A DNA stretch of 64,000 bases, from NCBI GenBank assembly GCA_041601615.1, contig JBFIHX010000007.1, positions 1 to 64,000 on the forward strand, in the 5' to 3' direction. The stretch comes from Thermoplasmatota archaeon. Lineage in GTDB: Archaea; Thermoplasmatota; E2; JACPAO01; JAHFTW01. Below the pieces are notes generated by a model that was not told the DNA's origin, did no database searches, and saw nothing but the letters and a program-made list of their open reading frames with translations. Positions 18,471-28,305 of this stretch are shown here, one piece after another (the first letter of the stretch is position 1; every line of letters begins with the position of its first letter). The position numbers were made by a program, and so were the translations under genes.

Positions 18471-20000
18471 CTAGTCGACTAGGATGTCCATCGTCTCGAT
18501 GCCCTGCACCGACAGGACCTCACGAAGCTCGCGCCGATGCACTGCACCCCGGTAGCCCTGAGGAGGCCGCACGCCAAACTTGCGATACGCTGCGCGCTTG
18601 GCATCCATGCTTGGCTGCGGCAAGATCAATGCACCGACCTTCGTGCCGCCGCCACCCAGCCGCGACATGAGCTGGATGACCGCCTCGTCCACAGTCTCCA
18701 AGTCCGTGAGCAAAATCACACCCATTTGGCTGCCCGCCATGCCGCGAAGCACGCGCTGCAGCCGCACCGCAAGAGGCTCAGGATCCGGATCCTTCCTCGC
18801 CTGACTTAGAGGGCGCCGATCCGCCAAGCGCTGGAACGCCTCCTGAACTTCAATGGGGAGCACCCTGGAGCGCGACGGGCGCACTTCCTCCACGACGCGA
18901 GACTCGTCAAACGCCACGAGTCCAATCTGGTGGTTGCGTCGCGCCGCCTCCTCGATGATCTCCGACGCCGCCTCCAGCGCCGCATCCAAATTGCGCTTGC
19001 CACCCTGCACGAGCCGCATGCTTGCCCCCGCATCCACGAGAATCAACCCCACATTCAGGCTCTCATTCTTGACATCCCGCACCATCATGCGCTGCGTCGT
19101 ACTCATGCGCTTCCAGTCCACGTCCTTCATCCGGTCACCCGGCATGTAGTCACGCAAACTCTCGTGCTCCACGTCCCGAAACAAATGTACCAACGCACGC
19201 GGAGCACCATCCGGGAACGCAGACCGAGCCGTCAGCATACTGCGAAGCTGCAGCGCCGGAAGCCCAGGCCGCACCTCCACCCAGTCCTCCAGTTTGTAGA
19301 TTCGCGAATGCTCCCACAAGCCAACTTCATCGCGCATCAACACCTCAACACCGGCAAACGCTTGCTTGCCGCGCCGCTGCGCTCGGGCCTTGAAATCCAC
19401 AATCCGCGGCTGCTTGAGCACAATCGAGGAACCCGTTTCAAACCCCGGAACCGGCGCCTCCCGAAGCCGCACTACGAGCCCCTCGGGCCAACTGCAACCG
19501 CTGGCGTCCAGCCGCACGCGAAGCACATCGCCTTGGATCACCTCCGAAGCACTGAGCTGACGCTTCACATCAAAACGCGCCATGGCAATGCGCCGTCGCG
19601 TGCGCGAACGCCCAGCAATCAACAACGAAAACAGAAACACACTGAACATCAACGTCACCACGGCAGCCGCGCCAAAGTACCAACGAAACGCGCTGGTGAT
19701 GGCGGCGGCAACGCTGACCATGAATGCAAAAAACAGGAGTGCAGCCAGCCCCGCAAGGAGTGCCGCGGCCCACGTTGGATGCAACGGCGTCGAATCCACC
19801 AAATCCATGTGCTCGGCGTGATCACTTGCCGGCGGCGGATTCAAGTCGGGACGCGGTGGCTTGGCCACTCGCTTTGCACCCTTGCGAGCCTTCCTTCCCG
19901 CGCCGGCGTCGGCATCGTCCAGGGACTCGAACTCGACGACTTCCTCGTCCCCTTCGCTCCCCTCGGCCTCTGAGACCCCAAAGGCCTCCACATCGTTCAT
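18471..20000 (-). CDS. DUF58 / vWA-like membrane protein (MoxR partner)
   Basis: LRDYMPGDRMKDVDWK, ILVDAGASM, ILLTDL; two N-terminal TM helices. Confidence 0.88.
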   Translation of the reverse strand: MNDVEAFGVSEAEGSEGDEEVVEFESLDDADAGAGRKARKGAKRVAKPPRPDLNPPPASDHAEHMDLVDSTPLHPTWAAALLAGLAALLFFAFMVSVAAAITSAFRWYFGAAAVVTLMFSVFLFSLLIAGRSRTRRRIAMARFDVKRQLSASEVIQGDVLRVRLDASGCSWPEGLVVRLREAPVPGFETGSSIVLKQPRIVDFKARAQRRGKQAFAGVEVLMRDEVGLWEHSRIYKLEDWVEVRPGLPALQLRSMLTARSAFPDGAPRALVHLFRDVEHESLRDYMPGDRMKDVDWKRMSTTQRMMVRDVKNESLNVGLILVDAGASMRLVQGGKRNLDAALEAASEIIEEAARRNHQIGLVAFDESRVVEEVRPSRSRVLPIEVQEAFQRLADRRPLSQARKDPDPEPLAVRLQRVLRGMAGSQMGVILLTDLETVDEAVIQLMSRLGGGGTKVGALILPQPSMDAKRAAYRKFGVRPPQGYRGAVHRRELREVLSVQGIETMDILVD

Positions 20001-20001
20001 G

Positions 20002-20994
20002 TCAGCCGCCCTTGACCACGAGGCGCGGCTTCGGAACGTGCTTCAACACATCATCCAGAATGTTGCGCGTCGTCTTGCCACGCGCTTCCGCATCCACACG
20101 AAGCAAAATGCGGTGGCCAAGCACACGAGGCGCCACATAGGCAACATCATCCGGGACACAGTAAGGCCTGCCGTTGATGAGTGCATACGCCTGCGCCGCC
20201 CGGAGCATTTGTTCCATGCTGCGAGGCGAAGCACCCACTCGAACATCCGGGTGCTCCCGGGTCTTGGCGGCGATGCGCTGCAAATACCGCACCGTCTCGC
20301 CACCCATGTGGATCTTGCGCGCAATGTCCTGGCCCTGGCGCACCGCATCCACGCGAAGCCTCTGCTGGTTCTCCTCCAATTTCTTGTCCGCCAGTTTCAG
20401 TTGCAACATCTTCTCTTCCTCCTCGGCCGACAAGTAGTGCATCTGAGCTCGAATGATGAAGCGATCCAACTGCGCCTCGGGCAACCGGAAGACACCCTCG
20501 TTGTCAATGGGATTCATGGTCGCGACCACCATGAACGGCCGGTCCAATTTCACGGTCCGGCCCTCAATTGTGACCTGCTTTTCCTCCATGGTCTCCAGCA
20601 TCGCAGACTGGGTCTTGGGCGGGGCGCGGTTGATTTCGTCCGCCAGCATCAAATTGGTGAACACCGGACCCTTACGCAGCACAAATTCGTGCTTTTCCTG
20701 GTCGTAAATGAAGTGGCCCGTGATGTCCATCGGCATCAAATCCTGGGTAAACTGGACCCGGTGGAAATCCATGCCTAGCGTCTGGCTGAACACTTTCGCA
20801 AGCGTCGTCTTGGCCGTACCCGGGACACCTTCCAGGAGAACGTGCCCCTGCGCAAGAAGCGCGATCATCAAATCCGTGACAACCTCACGGTAGCCAATGA
20901 TGTACTGCCCCACAACGCTCTGGAAGTGCTCGTGGTTCCGCTTGAAACGAGCGAGGTCCTGCGCCTCCACTTGGTAGCCATTCGCCATGCGCAT
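20002..20994 (-). CDS. MoxR-family AAA+ ATPase
   Basis: HVLLEGVPGTAKT, RVQFTQDLMP, LADEINRAPPKTQSA, ATMNP, LPEAQLDRF, GASPR. Confidence 0.95.
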   Translation of the reverse strand: MRMANGYQVEAQDLARFKRNHEHFQSVVGQYIIGYREVVTDLMIALLAQGHVLLEGVPGTAKTTLAKVFSQTLGMDFHRVQFTQDLMPMDITGHFIYDQEKHEFVLRKGPVFTNLMLADEINRAPPKTQSAMLETMEEKQVTIEGRTVKLDRPFMVVATMNPIDNEGVFRLPEAQLDRFIIRAQMHYLSAEEEEKMLQLKLADKKLEENQQRLRVDAVRQGQDIARKIHMGGETVRYLQRIAAKTREHPDVRVGASPRSMEQMLRAAQAYALINGRPYCVPDDVAYVAPRVLGHRILLRVDAEARGKTTRNILDDVLKHVPKPRLVVKGG

Positions 20995-21086
20995 AGGAGG
21001 AGTCTTCTCGGGGGGTTATAGGGTTTCTACATGCTTCGTGCAAGTTTGATTCGCGCAATTCAAGTCCAATTCAACCATGTTCCAGC

Positions 21087-21308
21087 ATGGCCAGCCGGCA
21101 AAAAGACACATTGAATCGAGCGTTGCAGGAGCCCTTTGGGCGCATGCAGCTCGCAGCCGGCATGATGGCCTCGGCGCTTTTGATTCTCATGGGAACTCTC
21201 ATGGGCGAACCTGTGCCGTTGAAACTCGGCGCAGGAATTGCAGGCCTTGTGCTGATTGGAATTTGGATCAATGCCCGTGCTCGTCGCGTACATGGTTCGA
21301 GCCCCTGA
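21087..21308 (+). CDS. Small hypothetical membrane protein
   Basis: 73 aa with two hydrophobic segments; fills the intergenic gap. Confidence 0.5.
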   Translation: MASRQKDTLNRALQEPFGRMQLAAGMMASALLILMGTLMGEPVPLKLGAGIAGLVLIGIWINARARRVHGSSP

Positions 21309-21357
21309 GTTTCAGGGACCCGAATTGCTAAGTACAGCAACGAAGCATGTACTTCGT

Positions 21358-21729
21358 ATGCAGGCTTACGAGTTCTTCGGCGCGTCCGACGATGCGGATG
21401 TAGAGTATCGCCTCGCACACAAACTCCTAGGCGCCCGCAGCGACCTAGACCGCCGTGTTCTGGGTGCGCTCGTGGGCCGACCACAACGATTCCTAGAACT
21501 GAAACGAGTCCTGGATGGGCGCGCGGATGCCAATCTTACCCAAAGCCTAGCGCGCCTCCACCGCGACGGCCTCGTACAATCTCGCCTCCAAGCGCGGAAA
21601 GCCCCCGCGATCAAGGTCCACGAACTGACCCAACTCGGTGGCCTCGTCGTGTTCCACATCGCCGAAATGAGCACCGCCCACACCTCCGCCCAAGCACTAC
21701 TTCGCGGCCAAGCCGCAGCGGAAGCATGA
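21358..21729 (+). CDS. Winged-helix transcriptional regulator (HxlR-like)
   Basis: RPQRFLELKRVL...NLTQSLARLHRDGLV...HELTQLG. Confidence 0.75.
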   Translation: MQAYEFFGASDDADVEYRLAHKLLGARSDLDRRVLGALVGRPQRFLELKRVLDGRADANLTQSLARLHRDGLVQSRLQARKAPAIKVHELTQLGGLVVFHIAEMSTAHTSAQALLRGQAAAEA

Positions 21730-22181
21730 TTGCAGGTCGCCCCCGCGACTACCGCGACGTAATCCATCCAAGGCGGCTCGATACCCGCGTATTTCTCGTC
21801 GCGAACACACAACCGTGCATTGATTTGCGCGACGCCGCCGCCCGTCCAACGGGCCGCGACTACCGCATTACGGACCTAGGCGCGTGGAGAGACCAGGCAG
21901 TGCCACCCTCCTGGGTGCTCGCCGCGATCCTCTGCCCAGGAGACGACACCCAAGAACTAGTACATTGGTTGGCGACCCAGAATGGCGACGCAGAGCGAGT
22001 CGTATTCTTCATGCACCCGGACACGGACCCAGTAGCGGCTCTCGAAGCATGGTACGGTGCGGGCCACGGCGACCCCGTCGTTCACGAGGCAGCAACTTGG
22101 ATAGACCTCGCAAGACCCCTTGGCCAATTTGTCAACGACTTGATCTACCTAGATGCAGTCGGTCAGGGCTGGCCACTGTAA
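21726..22181 (+). CDS. Hypothetical protein
   Basis: ATGA-coupled to the HTH gene; globular composition. Confidence 0.6.
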   Translation: MIAGRPRDYRDVIHPRRLDTRVFLVANTQPCIDLRDAAARPTGRDYRITDLGAWRDQAVPPSWVLAAILCPGDDTQELVHWLATQNGDAERVVFFMHPDTDPVAALEAWYGAGHGDPVVHEAATWIDLARPLGQFVNDLIYLDAVGQGWPL

Positions 22182-22247
22182 TTGAGGTCGCTCAATGATG
22201 CAGCGCCCCCGCACCCCTGAAATCCCCCTTCCCTCTGCGCCGCCTCA

Positions 22248-23465
22248 ATGCCTGTCCTGACCCTGGAAGACGGAGCCGCCGCGAATGCATTCCGTGGCAA
22301 GCGTGTTCTGTTGCGCGTGGATTTCAACGTCCCGCTGCGCAAGGGCCGGGTCCAGGACGATTTGCGCATCACGGCAGCACTCCCGACGGTGCGGTTCCTG
22401 CAATTGGCGGGCGCCCGCGTAGTGCTCGTATCGCATTTGGGCCGACCCAAGGGCCAACGCGTACCCGAAATGAGCCTCGAACCGGTCGCCAAGCACATGA
22501 CCAAGGTGCTCGGGGTGCCCTGTGGCTTCGTTCATGAAACCGTGGGCCCGAACGCAACCTCGGCTGTAGCGGCACTCAAGGACGGCGAGGTGCTGTTGTT
22601 GGAAAACGTGCGATTCCATGTGGAAGAGACAGACGGCAACGAGGAGTTTGCGCGCCGCCTCGCCAACCTTGCGGATGTGTTCGTCAATGACGCCTTTGGC
22701 ACCGCCCACCGCGCCCATGCCAGCACCACGCTGGTTGCCGAGCACTTGCCAAGCTATGCGGGGCTTTTGATTGCCAAGGAGCTTGCGGCCCTCGGTGGAG
22801 CGCTCGCCGAACCCGCTCGCCCGTTCACAGCGATTCTTGGCGGCGCGAAGGTCAGCGACAAAATCGCCGTCATCGAAGCCCTCCTGGAGAAGGCGGACCG
22901 AATCATCATCGGCGGCGGCATGGCGTTCACGTTCCTGCGTGCCCAGGGCCATGAGGTCGGCCGCAGCATCGTGGAGGAAGACCGCCTGGACCTTGCCCGC
23001 GATTTTCTGGCCCGCGCCGAGGCCAAGGGCGTCGAGGTGTTCTTGCCGGAGGATGTGGAGGAGGCCGATCGATTCGACGAGAAGGCCGACCACCGCGCCG
23101 TGAAGGTCGGACATCAAGCCAAGGACTGGATGGGGCTCGACATTGGCCCTCTCACAATCACACGCTTTGCTGAGGCGGTGCGCACGAGCCAAACCGTGCT
23201 CTGGAACGGCCCGATGGGTGTGTTTGAGTGGGACGCGTTCCGATTCGGGACCAAAGCGATTGCCGACGCGCTCGTGCAGTGCCCTGGCGCGACCGTGGTG
23301 GGAGGTGGCGATTCAGCGGCCGCGGCGCGAAAGTTTGGGATCGCCGACAAGGTGACCCATGTCAGCACCGGCGGCGGGGCAAGTCTGGAGTTCTTGGAGG
23401 GCAAGATTTTGCCTGGAATCGAAGCGCTGGAACGGGCGGCTCGGCGCACGACGCCTTCCTCGTAA
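22248..23465 (+). CDS. pgk: Phosphoglycerate kinase
   Basis: LLRVDFNVP, SHLGRP, LLENVRF, NDAFGTAHR, GGAKVSDK, WNGPMGVFE, STGGGASLE. Confidence 0.98.
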   Translation: MPVLTLEDGAAANAFRGKRVLLRVDFNVPLRKGRVQDDLRITAALPTVRFLQLAGARVVLVSHLGRPKGQRVPEMSLEPVAKHMTKVLGVPCGFVHETVGPNATSAVAALKDGEVLLLENVRFHVEETDGNEEFARRLANLADVFVNDAFGTAHRAHASTTLVAEHLPSYAGLLIAKELAALGGALAEPARPFTAILGGAKVSDKIAVIEALLEKADRIIIGGGMAFTFLRAQGHEVGRSIVEEDRLDLARDFLARAEAKGVEVFLPEDVEEADRFDEKADHRAVKVGHQAKDWMGLDIGPLTITRFAEAVRTSQTVLWNGPMGVFEWDAFRFGTKAIADALVQCPGATVVGGGDSAAAARKFGIADKVTHVSTGGGASLEFLEGKILPGIEALERAARRTTPSS

Positions 23466-23467
23466 CA

Positions 23468-23524
23468 GGGTCATCGGAGCGCAGCGACGGTGGCCCCTGG
23501 GGCCCGCAGGGGCAAAGCCCCGCG
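23468..23524 (+). repeat. Hairpin repeat element, divergent copy E
   Basis: GGGTCATCG-GAGCGCAGCGA-CGGTGGCCC-CTGGGG...GGGGC-AAA-GCCCC; same two-hairpin layout as copies A-D. Confidence 0.75.
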
Positions 23525-23605
23525 TTGGAGTTCCGGGAGGGCAAGATTTTGCCTGGAATCGAAGCGCGGGAACGGGCGGCATTGCGCTTGACAACCTCGG
23601 CGTAG
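23525..23605 (+). pseudogene. Duplicated 3' fragment of pgk
   Basis: Aligns to 23385-23465 at offset 140; LEFREGKILPGIEARERAALRLTTSA* vs LEFLEGKILPGIEALERAARRTTPSS*. Confidence 0.9.
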
Positions 23606-23617
23606 GCGGCTTGCCGC

Positions 23618-24430
23618 TCACTTGTGGTAGTCAGGCCCGAGCATGGCGCCGAGCATGTTGGTCTCTTTTTTCAGGTCCCCAAAAGTGTACCAATTCTTTT
23701 CGAGCCCCTTGGCGACGTGTGCTGCGGCGACCACGGCCAGTCCTGCGAGCGGGTCTGGGACGACGGTGGCGGCAAACAGCAGCCAGATGGTCACGTCTCG
23801 GTTGAACAAGAACGGAATGTAGAACGTGGTGGAGCCGCCCTTGGTTCGATTGCTCACGGGAACATCAAGGACGAGGGGTGCCGGCGCGAGCGTTGTGGCG
23901 CGAAGGAGCTTGAGTTCCTTTTGGACCATGTAGAGATCATGCTGAATCATGGACCAGCGGAAGTAGACGATGCTGAAGGCGGCAATTGCAGGAACGGCCA
24001 CGGCTGCCCAGGCGGGCCAGTCGAGGACCCCTTGATGAGATGGTCGAACCACGGCCCCGACGGCGAGTGCCGCAATCCAGCCGACTTCCACCCAGCGATC
24101 AATGATGGTGTCCAGCAATCCACCCGCCAATGTTCCCGTTCCCGTGGCGCGGGCGACTTGGCCATCGCAGTGGTCCCAGAGCAAGCCAACAATCAACAGT
24201 CCGCCACCCAACCACGCGCTGTATGCAATGGGCGCAAGCGCGAGCACCGCCATACCTGCAATACTGATGGCCAGCGAGAGGAGACTCACTTGCGTCGGGG
24301 TTAGACCGATGCGCAAGAACACCCGCGTGAACGGCAGCGCCATGCGCGTCGTGATGTTGGCCACGAAGGATCGGTTCCAAATTCCTTCACTGTACAATTC
24401 TTTGAAGGGTTTGGGCTGGGCCACGTCCAC
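23618..24430 (-). CDS. CDP-alcohol phosphatidyltransferase family protein
   Basis: TPTQVS; DHCDGQVARATG...GGLLDTIIDR signature. Confidence 0.9.
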   Translation of the reverse strand: MDVAQPKPFKELYSEGIWNRSFVANITTRMALPFTRVFLRIGLTPTQVSLLSLAISIAGMAVLALAPIAYSAWLGGGLLIVGLLWDHCDGQVARATGTGTLAGGLLDTIIDRWVEVGWIAALAVGAVVRPSHQGVLDWPAWAAVAVPAIAAFSIVYFRWSMIQHDLYMVQKELKLLRATTLAPAPLVLDVPVSNRTKGGSTTFYIPFLFNRDVTIWLLFAATVVPDPLAGLAVVAAAHVAKGLEKNWYTFGDLKKETNMLGAMLGPDYHK

Positions 24431-24491
24431 GACGCGGGCCGGCGTGTTATGGCTGTTTTGGTCTTCCCCACCCGCTTCGCACCGATTCGGC

Positions 24492-24794
24492 TTACGACCG
24501 CATGACGCTCATCACGAACGTCCCCACGGCCAGCAGGCTCCCGATCGTCGCCGCAAGCACGGCCACGAGGCTGCTTGCGATGATGGTGGCGTTGAACCTG
24601 GGCTCGATGCCGGGAACAAGCGGCCAAGTGAGGGCTGCAAATAGGCCGATGAGCAGAATGGCCACGAGCGCAAGCGCGAATCCGATGCCCCTGCTGCGGC
24701 CTTGGCCAAAGTAGGAACCGAACAGGCCGGCAACGAGGAGGGTAAATCCGAATCCCAGGAGGACGGTCGAAAGGAAGATGCTGCCGAGCGCCAT
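24492..24794 (-). CDS. Small three-TM membrane protein
   Basis: Hydrophobic 100-aa ORF coupled to the Lrp gene. Confidence 0.75.
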   Translation of the reverse strand: MALGSIFLSTVLLGFGFTLLVAGLFGSYFGQGRSRGIGFALALVAILLIGLFAALTWPLVPGIEPRFNATIIASSLVAVLAATIGSLLAVGTFVMSVMRS

Positions 24795-25027
24795 CAGAAT
24801 TTGGTGCCCGTCAGGGTCTTGGTGTCCACGACGCCCTCGATGGAGCGGATTTTGTTGACGATGACGTGCCCGAGCGTGTCGAAGTCTGCGGCCTCCAATT
24901 TGGCAATGAGATCGTACTCACCGAAGAGGGGGTGCAGTTCCACAATTTCCGATACTTTCAGGAGCGTGTTGTACACGTCGTGCTCCTTTTGGGGAGCGGC
25001 GCTGATGAGGACGAATCCGACTGCCAT
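24794..25027 (-). CDS. Stand-alone Lrp/AsnC ligand-binding (RAM) domain protein
   Basis: MAVGFVLI...LFGEYDLIAK...IRSIEGVVDTKTL. Confidence 0.9.
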   Translation of the reverse strand: MAVGFVLISAAPQKEHDVYNTLLKVSEIVELHPLFGEYDLIAKLEAADFDTLGHVIVNKIRSIEGVVDTKTLTGTKF

Positions 25028-25113
25028 GGGCGACGACCGTTTGTGTGGATGGGGGAGTCGTGGGCTTAAGCGTTCCGAGGATTCTGCGGGGTTTGGGCGT
25101 TGCGGGGAGCTGC

Positions 25114-25680
25114 TCAGGGGTAGCGATAGAGGGCAACGTGCACGTTCACGATGCCTTCGGCGGTCGCTTCGACGGTGTGGGTGCCGGCTTCGAGGAGGCC
25201 GCAATTGTGTTGCTTGCCGCGGCTGAGACCGTTGGTGCTGGCGCCTGCGCCGGCGACGATGGCTCCGCCCCCGCCGTAGCTGGAAACATGTTGGCAGCTT
25301 CCGAGGCTGCCGCCTGCCGAAAGGAAGGCGCCCGTCATGGGTTCAAACAGGAGCGTGTATTCGCCCGCCTCCAAGGCAAAGTCCAGGCTGCCTTCAAGAA
25401 GTCCGTCAGGGCCCAAGGTAACGTTGCGTGCGGCGACGCGGTACTTTGGCGCGAGGGGCATTCCGGGTCGGCCCGGTTGGCCAGGCTCGCCCGAGGTGCC
25501 GTTTTCGGCTGCAGCGGTTTCCTCCGTTTCCGGCTCGGTGTCCGGGTCCGCGGGTGCCGTGGGTTCTAGGTCCGCGTCGTGCGTAGGTTCGGTACCCTCG
25601 TCGGTGTTTGCACCGTTTTCGTCTTCGAGGCACCCACCAAGGGTTGTCAAAACCAGCAAGAACACAATCAATGTGCGCAT
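25114..25680 (-). CDS. Hypothetical lipoprotein
   Basis: MRTLIVFLLVLTTLGGC lipobox, acidic linker, beta-rich domain. Confidence 0.75.
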   Translation of the reverse strand: MRTLIVFLLVLTTLGGCLEDENGANTDEGTEPTHDADLEPTAPADPDTEPETEETAAAENGTSGEPGQPGRPGMPLAPKYRVAARNVTLGPDGLLEGSLDFALEAGEYTLLFEPMTGAFLSAGGSLGSCQHVSSYGGGGAIVAGAGASTNGLSRGKQHNCGLLEAGTHTVEATAEGIVNVHVALYRYP

Positions 25681-25731
25681 GGGCACCGCGATTCGTAGGG
25701 GTTCTTGATGTTTTTGCTGGATTTCCAGTAT

Positions 25732-26622
25732 TTACCAGGGGTGCATGATGCCTGCAGCGTCGCGGTGTCCGACACCAAATTCGGGAACGTGCGCAAGCGT
25801 TTCGCTGTCCAAGACCGGTCCTTCGACGCAGACGCGCAAGCCGTCGCCCACGGTGCAGGCGTCACAGATGCCCACGGCGCACTTCATGTAGCGCTCCAGA
25901 GAAGCTTGGCACGCAACACCCGCCGTTCGGCATTGGTCGACGACGCGCACCATCATGCCCTCGGGGCCGCAGGCGTAGACGGCATCGAAGCTGCCTTCGC
26001 CTAGTTCTGCGAGTCGCTGGGTCGTGTATCCGTCGAAGCCGAGCGTGCCGTCGTCGGTGCAGGGTTCGTAGTGGAGGCGGCCTTGTTCTTGGCGCTTGGA
26101 AAGGTACGGGTGGAGCAGGAGTAGATTCTCCGAGCGCGCTCCACTTACGACTGTGACTTCGTGGCCCTCTGCGTGTGCTTGGGCAGCGCCTCGCGCCATG
26201 GGTGCAATGCCGGTGCCGCCGCCGACGAAGCAGACGCGGCCAGGCTCGGCTGGGAGTTTGAAGCCCGTGCCGTAGGGGCCGCGCACACCGATGCGGTCGC
26301 CGGCGGCCAATTCGAGAAGCGCCTTGGTGCAGTCGCCCTTGGCTTCGACGGTGAGTGTCACGCGCCCGGCGGCGTCCGTGTAGCCCGTGCCCATGGGGAC
26401 CTCGTCGACGCCCGGCACCCACACCATACAAAACGTTCCGGCCGGACTCGCGGCAATGGCGTCGTCGAAGAACCGAATGGTTGCGTGGCGCTCCGTTTCC
26501 CACTCCACCGATTCCAGGCGCGTGATGCGAGGACGTTCCAGGCCGTTTTGCACAAGGGGGCCCAGGCCGGCGGGGTCAAAAAAGCAGGCATCGGTCCAAG
26601 ATCGTGGGGGAAGAACCGGCAC
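25732..26622 (-). CDS. pyrK: Dihydroorotate dehydrogenase electron transfer subunit
   Basis: GVRGPYG, VGGGTGIAP, ACGPEGM, SLERYMKCAVGICDAC...VCVEGPV [2Fe-2S] motif. Confidence 0.93.
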   Translation of the reverse strand: MPVLPPRSWTDACFFDPAGLGPLVQNGLERPRITRLESVEWETERHATIRFFDDAIAASPAGTFCMVWVPGVDEVPMGTGYTDAAGRVTLTVEAKGDCTKALLELAAGDRIGVRGPYGTGFKLPAEPGRVCFVGGGTGIAPMARGAAQAHAEGHEVTVVSGARSENLLLLHPYLSKRQEQGRLHYEPCTDDGTLGFDGYTTQRLAELGEGSFDAVYACGPEGMMVRVVDQCRTAGVACQASLERYMKCAVGICDACTVGDGLRVCVEGPVLDSETLAHVPEFGVGHRDAAGIMHPW

Positions 26623-26639
26623 CCAGCCTTATTCCCCTA

Positions 26640-27350
26640 GTGCAAGCGGTCCACGAGCGCCTCCGTGGCGCTCCGCTGCGCCCGGACCCGCACGTTGCGT
26701 TCTACCCCTACACCTCGGCCAAGAGCACGATTCGCATCCGTGATGGCCGGGTCCTGTTTCGTTTGAGTGACCACTTGCGCGATGCTCCCGACGCGGCGAT
26801 TCGTGGGGTGGCGGGGGTGCTTTTGGTGCGGCTGTTTCGACTTCCGGATGGGCGGTTGGACAGGGATGAGGTGCGGGCGTATCGTTTGCATGTGGATTCG
26901 GACAAACTTCGGTCTCGTCGCCGGGAGACGGCGGGGGCGCGGGGGCGCAAGCACATGGATCCTATCGGGGATCATCGAAGTCTCTTGGAGTCGTTTCTGC
27001 GCGTTAGCATGGATATGAACCTCGCACTTCCAGATGCGCCGAAGTTGAGTTGGAGTCGCACGCGGAGCCGGCGGCGGTTTGGCCATCACGACGCGGACCA
27101 TGGCGTCATCGTGCTTTCTCGGGTGCTCGACGACCCAAAGGTGCCGGAGTTTGTGCTTGATTTCGTGGTGTACCACGAGTTGCTGCACATTCTGCATCCG
27201 CCCTTGATGGGTTCAGGTGGCAAGCGGATGATTCACCATCGGGCGTTTCGCGAGGCGGAAGCGCGCTTCGGGCAGCGGGCGGAAGCGGAGGCGTGGCTGC
27301 AGCGGTTGGCTTCGGCGCGGCCCGTCAAGCGTGGTGTGCGGCGCCGGTAA
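26640..27350 (+). CDS. SprT/YgjP-like zinc metalloprotease-fold protein
   Basis: FVVYHELLH...HHRAFREAE; start uncertain (GTG 26640 or 26604). Confidence 0.8.
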   Translation: MQAVHERLRGAPLRPDPHVAFYPYTSAKSTIRIRDGRVLFRLSDHLRDAPDAAIRGVAGVLLVRLFRLPDGRLDRDEVRAYRLHVDSDKLRSRRRETAGARGRKHMDPIGDHRSLLESFLRVSMDMNLALPDAPKLSWSRTRSRRRFGHHDADHGVIVLSRVLDDPKVPEFVLDFVVYHELLHILHPPLMGSGGKRMIHHRAFREAEARFGQRAEAEAWLQRLASARPVKRGVRRR

Positions 27351-28233
27351 CGTCGGCAAGGGTCCGGACGTTTTCCTTTTCCATCCACGCCGTGAGGTCT
27401 TCTTCGATGGCCGAGAACACATCCCAGCCTTGGTGCATGACGGCGGTGCCGATTTGGAATGCTTGGGCGCCGGCCATGGCGTATTCGAGCACGTCGCGCG
27501 CTTCGTAGATGCCGCCGCTGGCGATGATGGGCACTTCGACTTTCTGGTAGAGGTCCCAGACCGCGCGTAAGGCGACCGGTTTTAGCGCCTTGCCGCTCAG
27601 ACCGCCGACTTTGTTGCCAAGCACGGGGCGGCGCACGTCCGGTTCGATGGCGATCGCTTTGAGGGTGTTGGTGGCCACGAGTGCATCGCTGCCAGCCTCT
27701 TGGGCGGCGAGTGCGATGGCGGTGATGTCGCTGGTGTTGGGGGTGAGTTTGGTCCAGATGGGAACCTTGACTGCGTCCTTGACGGCCGCGACGACGCCAT
27801 GCAAGACTTTGGGGTCGCTGCCGAGTTCCGAGCCGTAGCCTTTGGCGTGGGGGCAGCTTACGTTGAGTTCGATGGCGTGGACGCCGAGTGCTTCCATGTC
27901 TGCTGCGAGTCGTGCATATTCGGCGGCGTCGCCGCCAAACACGCTGCCGATGACGGTGGCGCCGGCTGCGAGGGCGGGTTCGATTTCCTCGCGAAAGTGC
28001 GCGACGCCGGGACCTGGCAATCCCATGGCGTTGAGGAGGCCGCCGGGTACTTCGACGACGGTGGGGTTGGGGTGTCCTGGCCGCGGTTTGGGCCCCATGG
28101 ATTTGGTGACCACGGCGCCCACGCCTTCGCGCACGGCGCGGGCCATGCTGGCGCCTGTTTCGTCGAGCACACCGGAGGCCAGTAGGAGCGGGTTCTGGAG
28201 TTCTAGGCCAGTCAAGCGCGTGCGCAGGTCCAC
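27325..28233 (-). CDS. pyrD: Dihydroorotate dehydrogenase family 1B catalytic subunit
   Basis: NPLLLASG, VTKS, NAMGL, ELNVSCPH, KLTPN, TNT, GGLSG. Confidence 0.96.
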   Translation of the reverse strand: MDLRTRLTGLELQNPLLLASGVLDETGASMARAVREGVGAVVTKSMGPKPRPGHPNPTVVEVPGGLLNAMGLPGPGVAHFREEIEPALAAGATVIGSVFGGDAAEYARLAADMEALGVHAIELNVSCPHAKGYGSELGSDPKVLHGVVAAVKDAVKVPIWTKLTPNTSDITAIALAAQEAGSDALVATNTLKAIAIEPDVRRPVLGNKVGGLSGKALKPVALRAVWDLYQKVEVPIIASGGIYEARDVLEYAMAGAQAFQIGTAVMHQGWDVFSAIEEDLTAWMEKENVRTLADVTGAAHHA

Positions 28234-28305
28234 GGCGTTGGCGACGGGGGGCGGTGTTTCAAAGGTATGGCTTGCGTGCTCCTGGCCGGTTGGCTCGTGG
28301 CGGGT

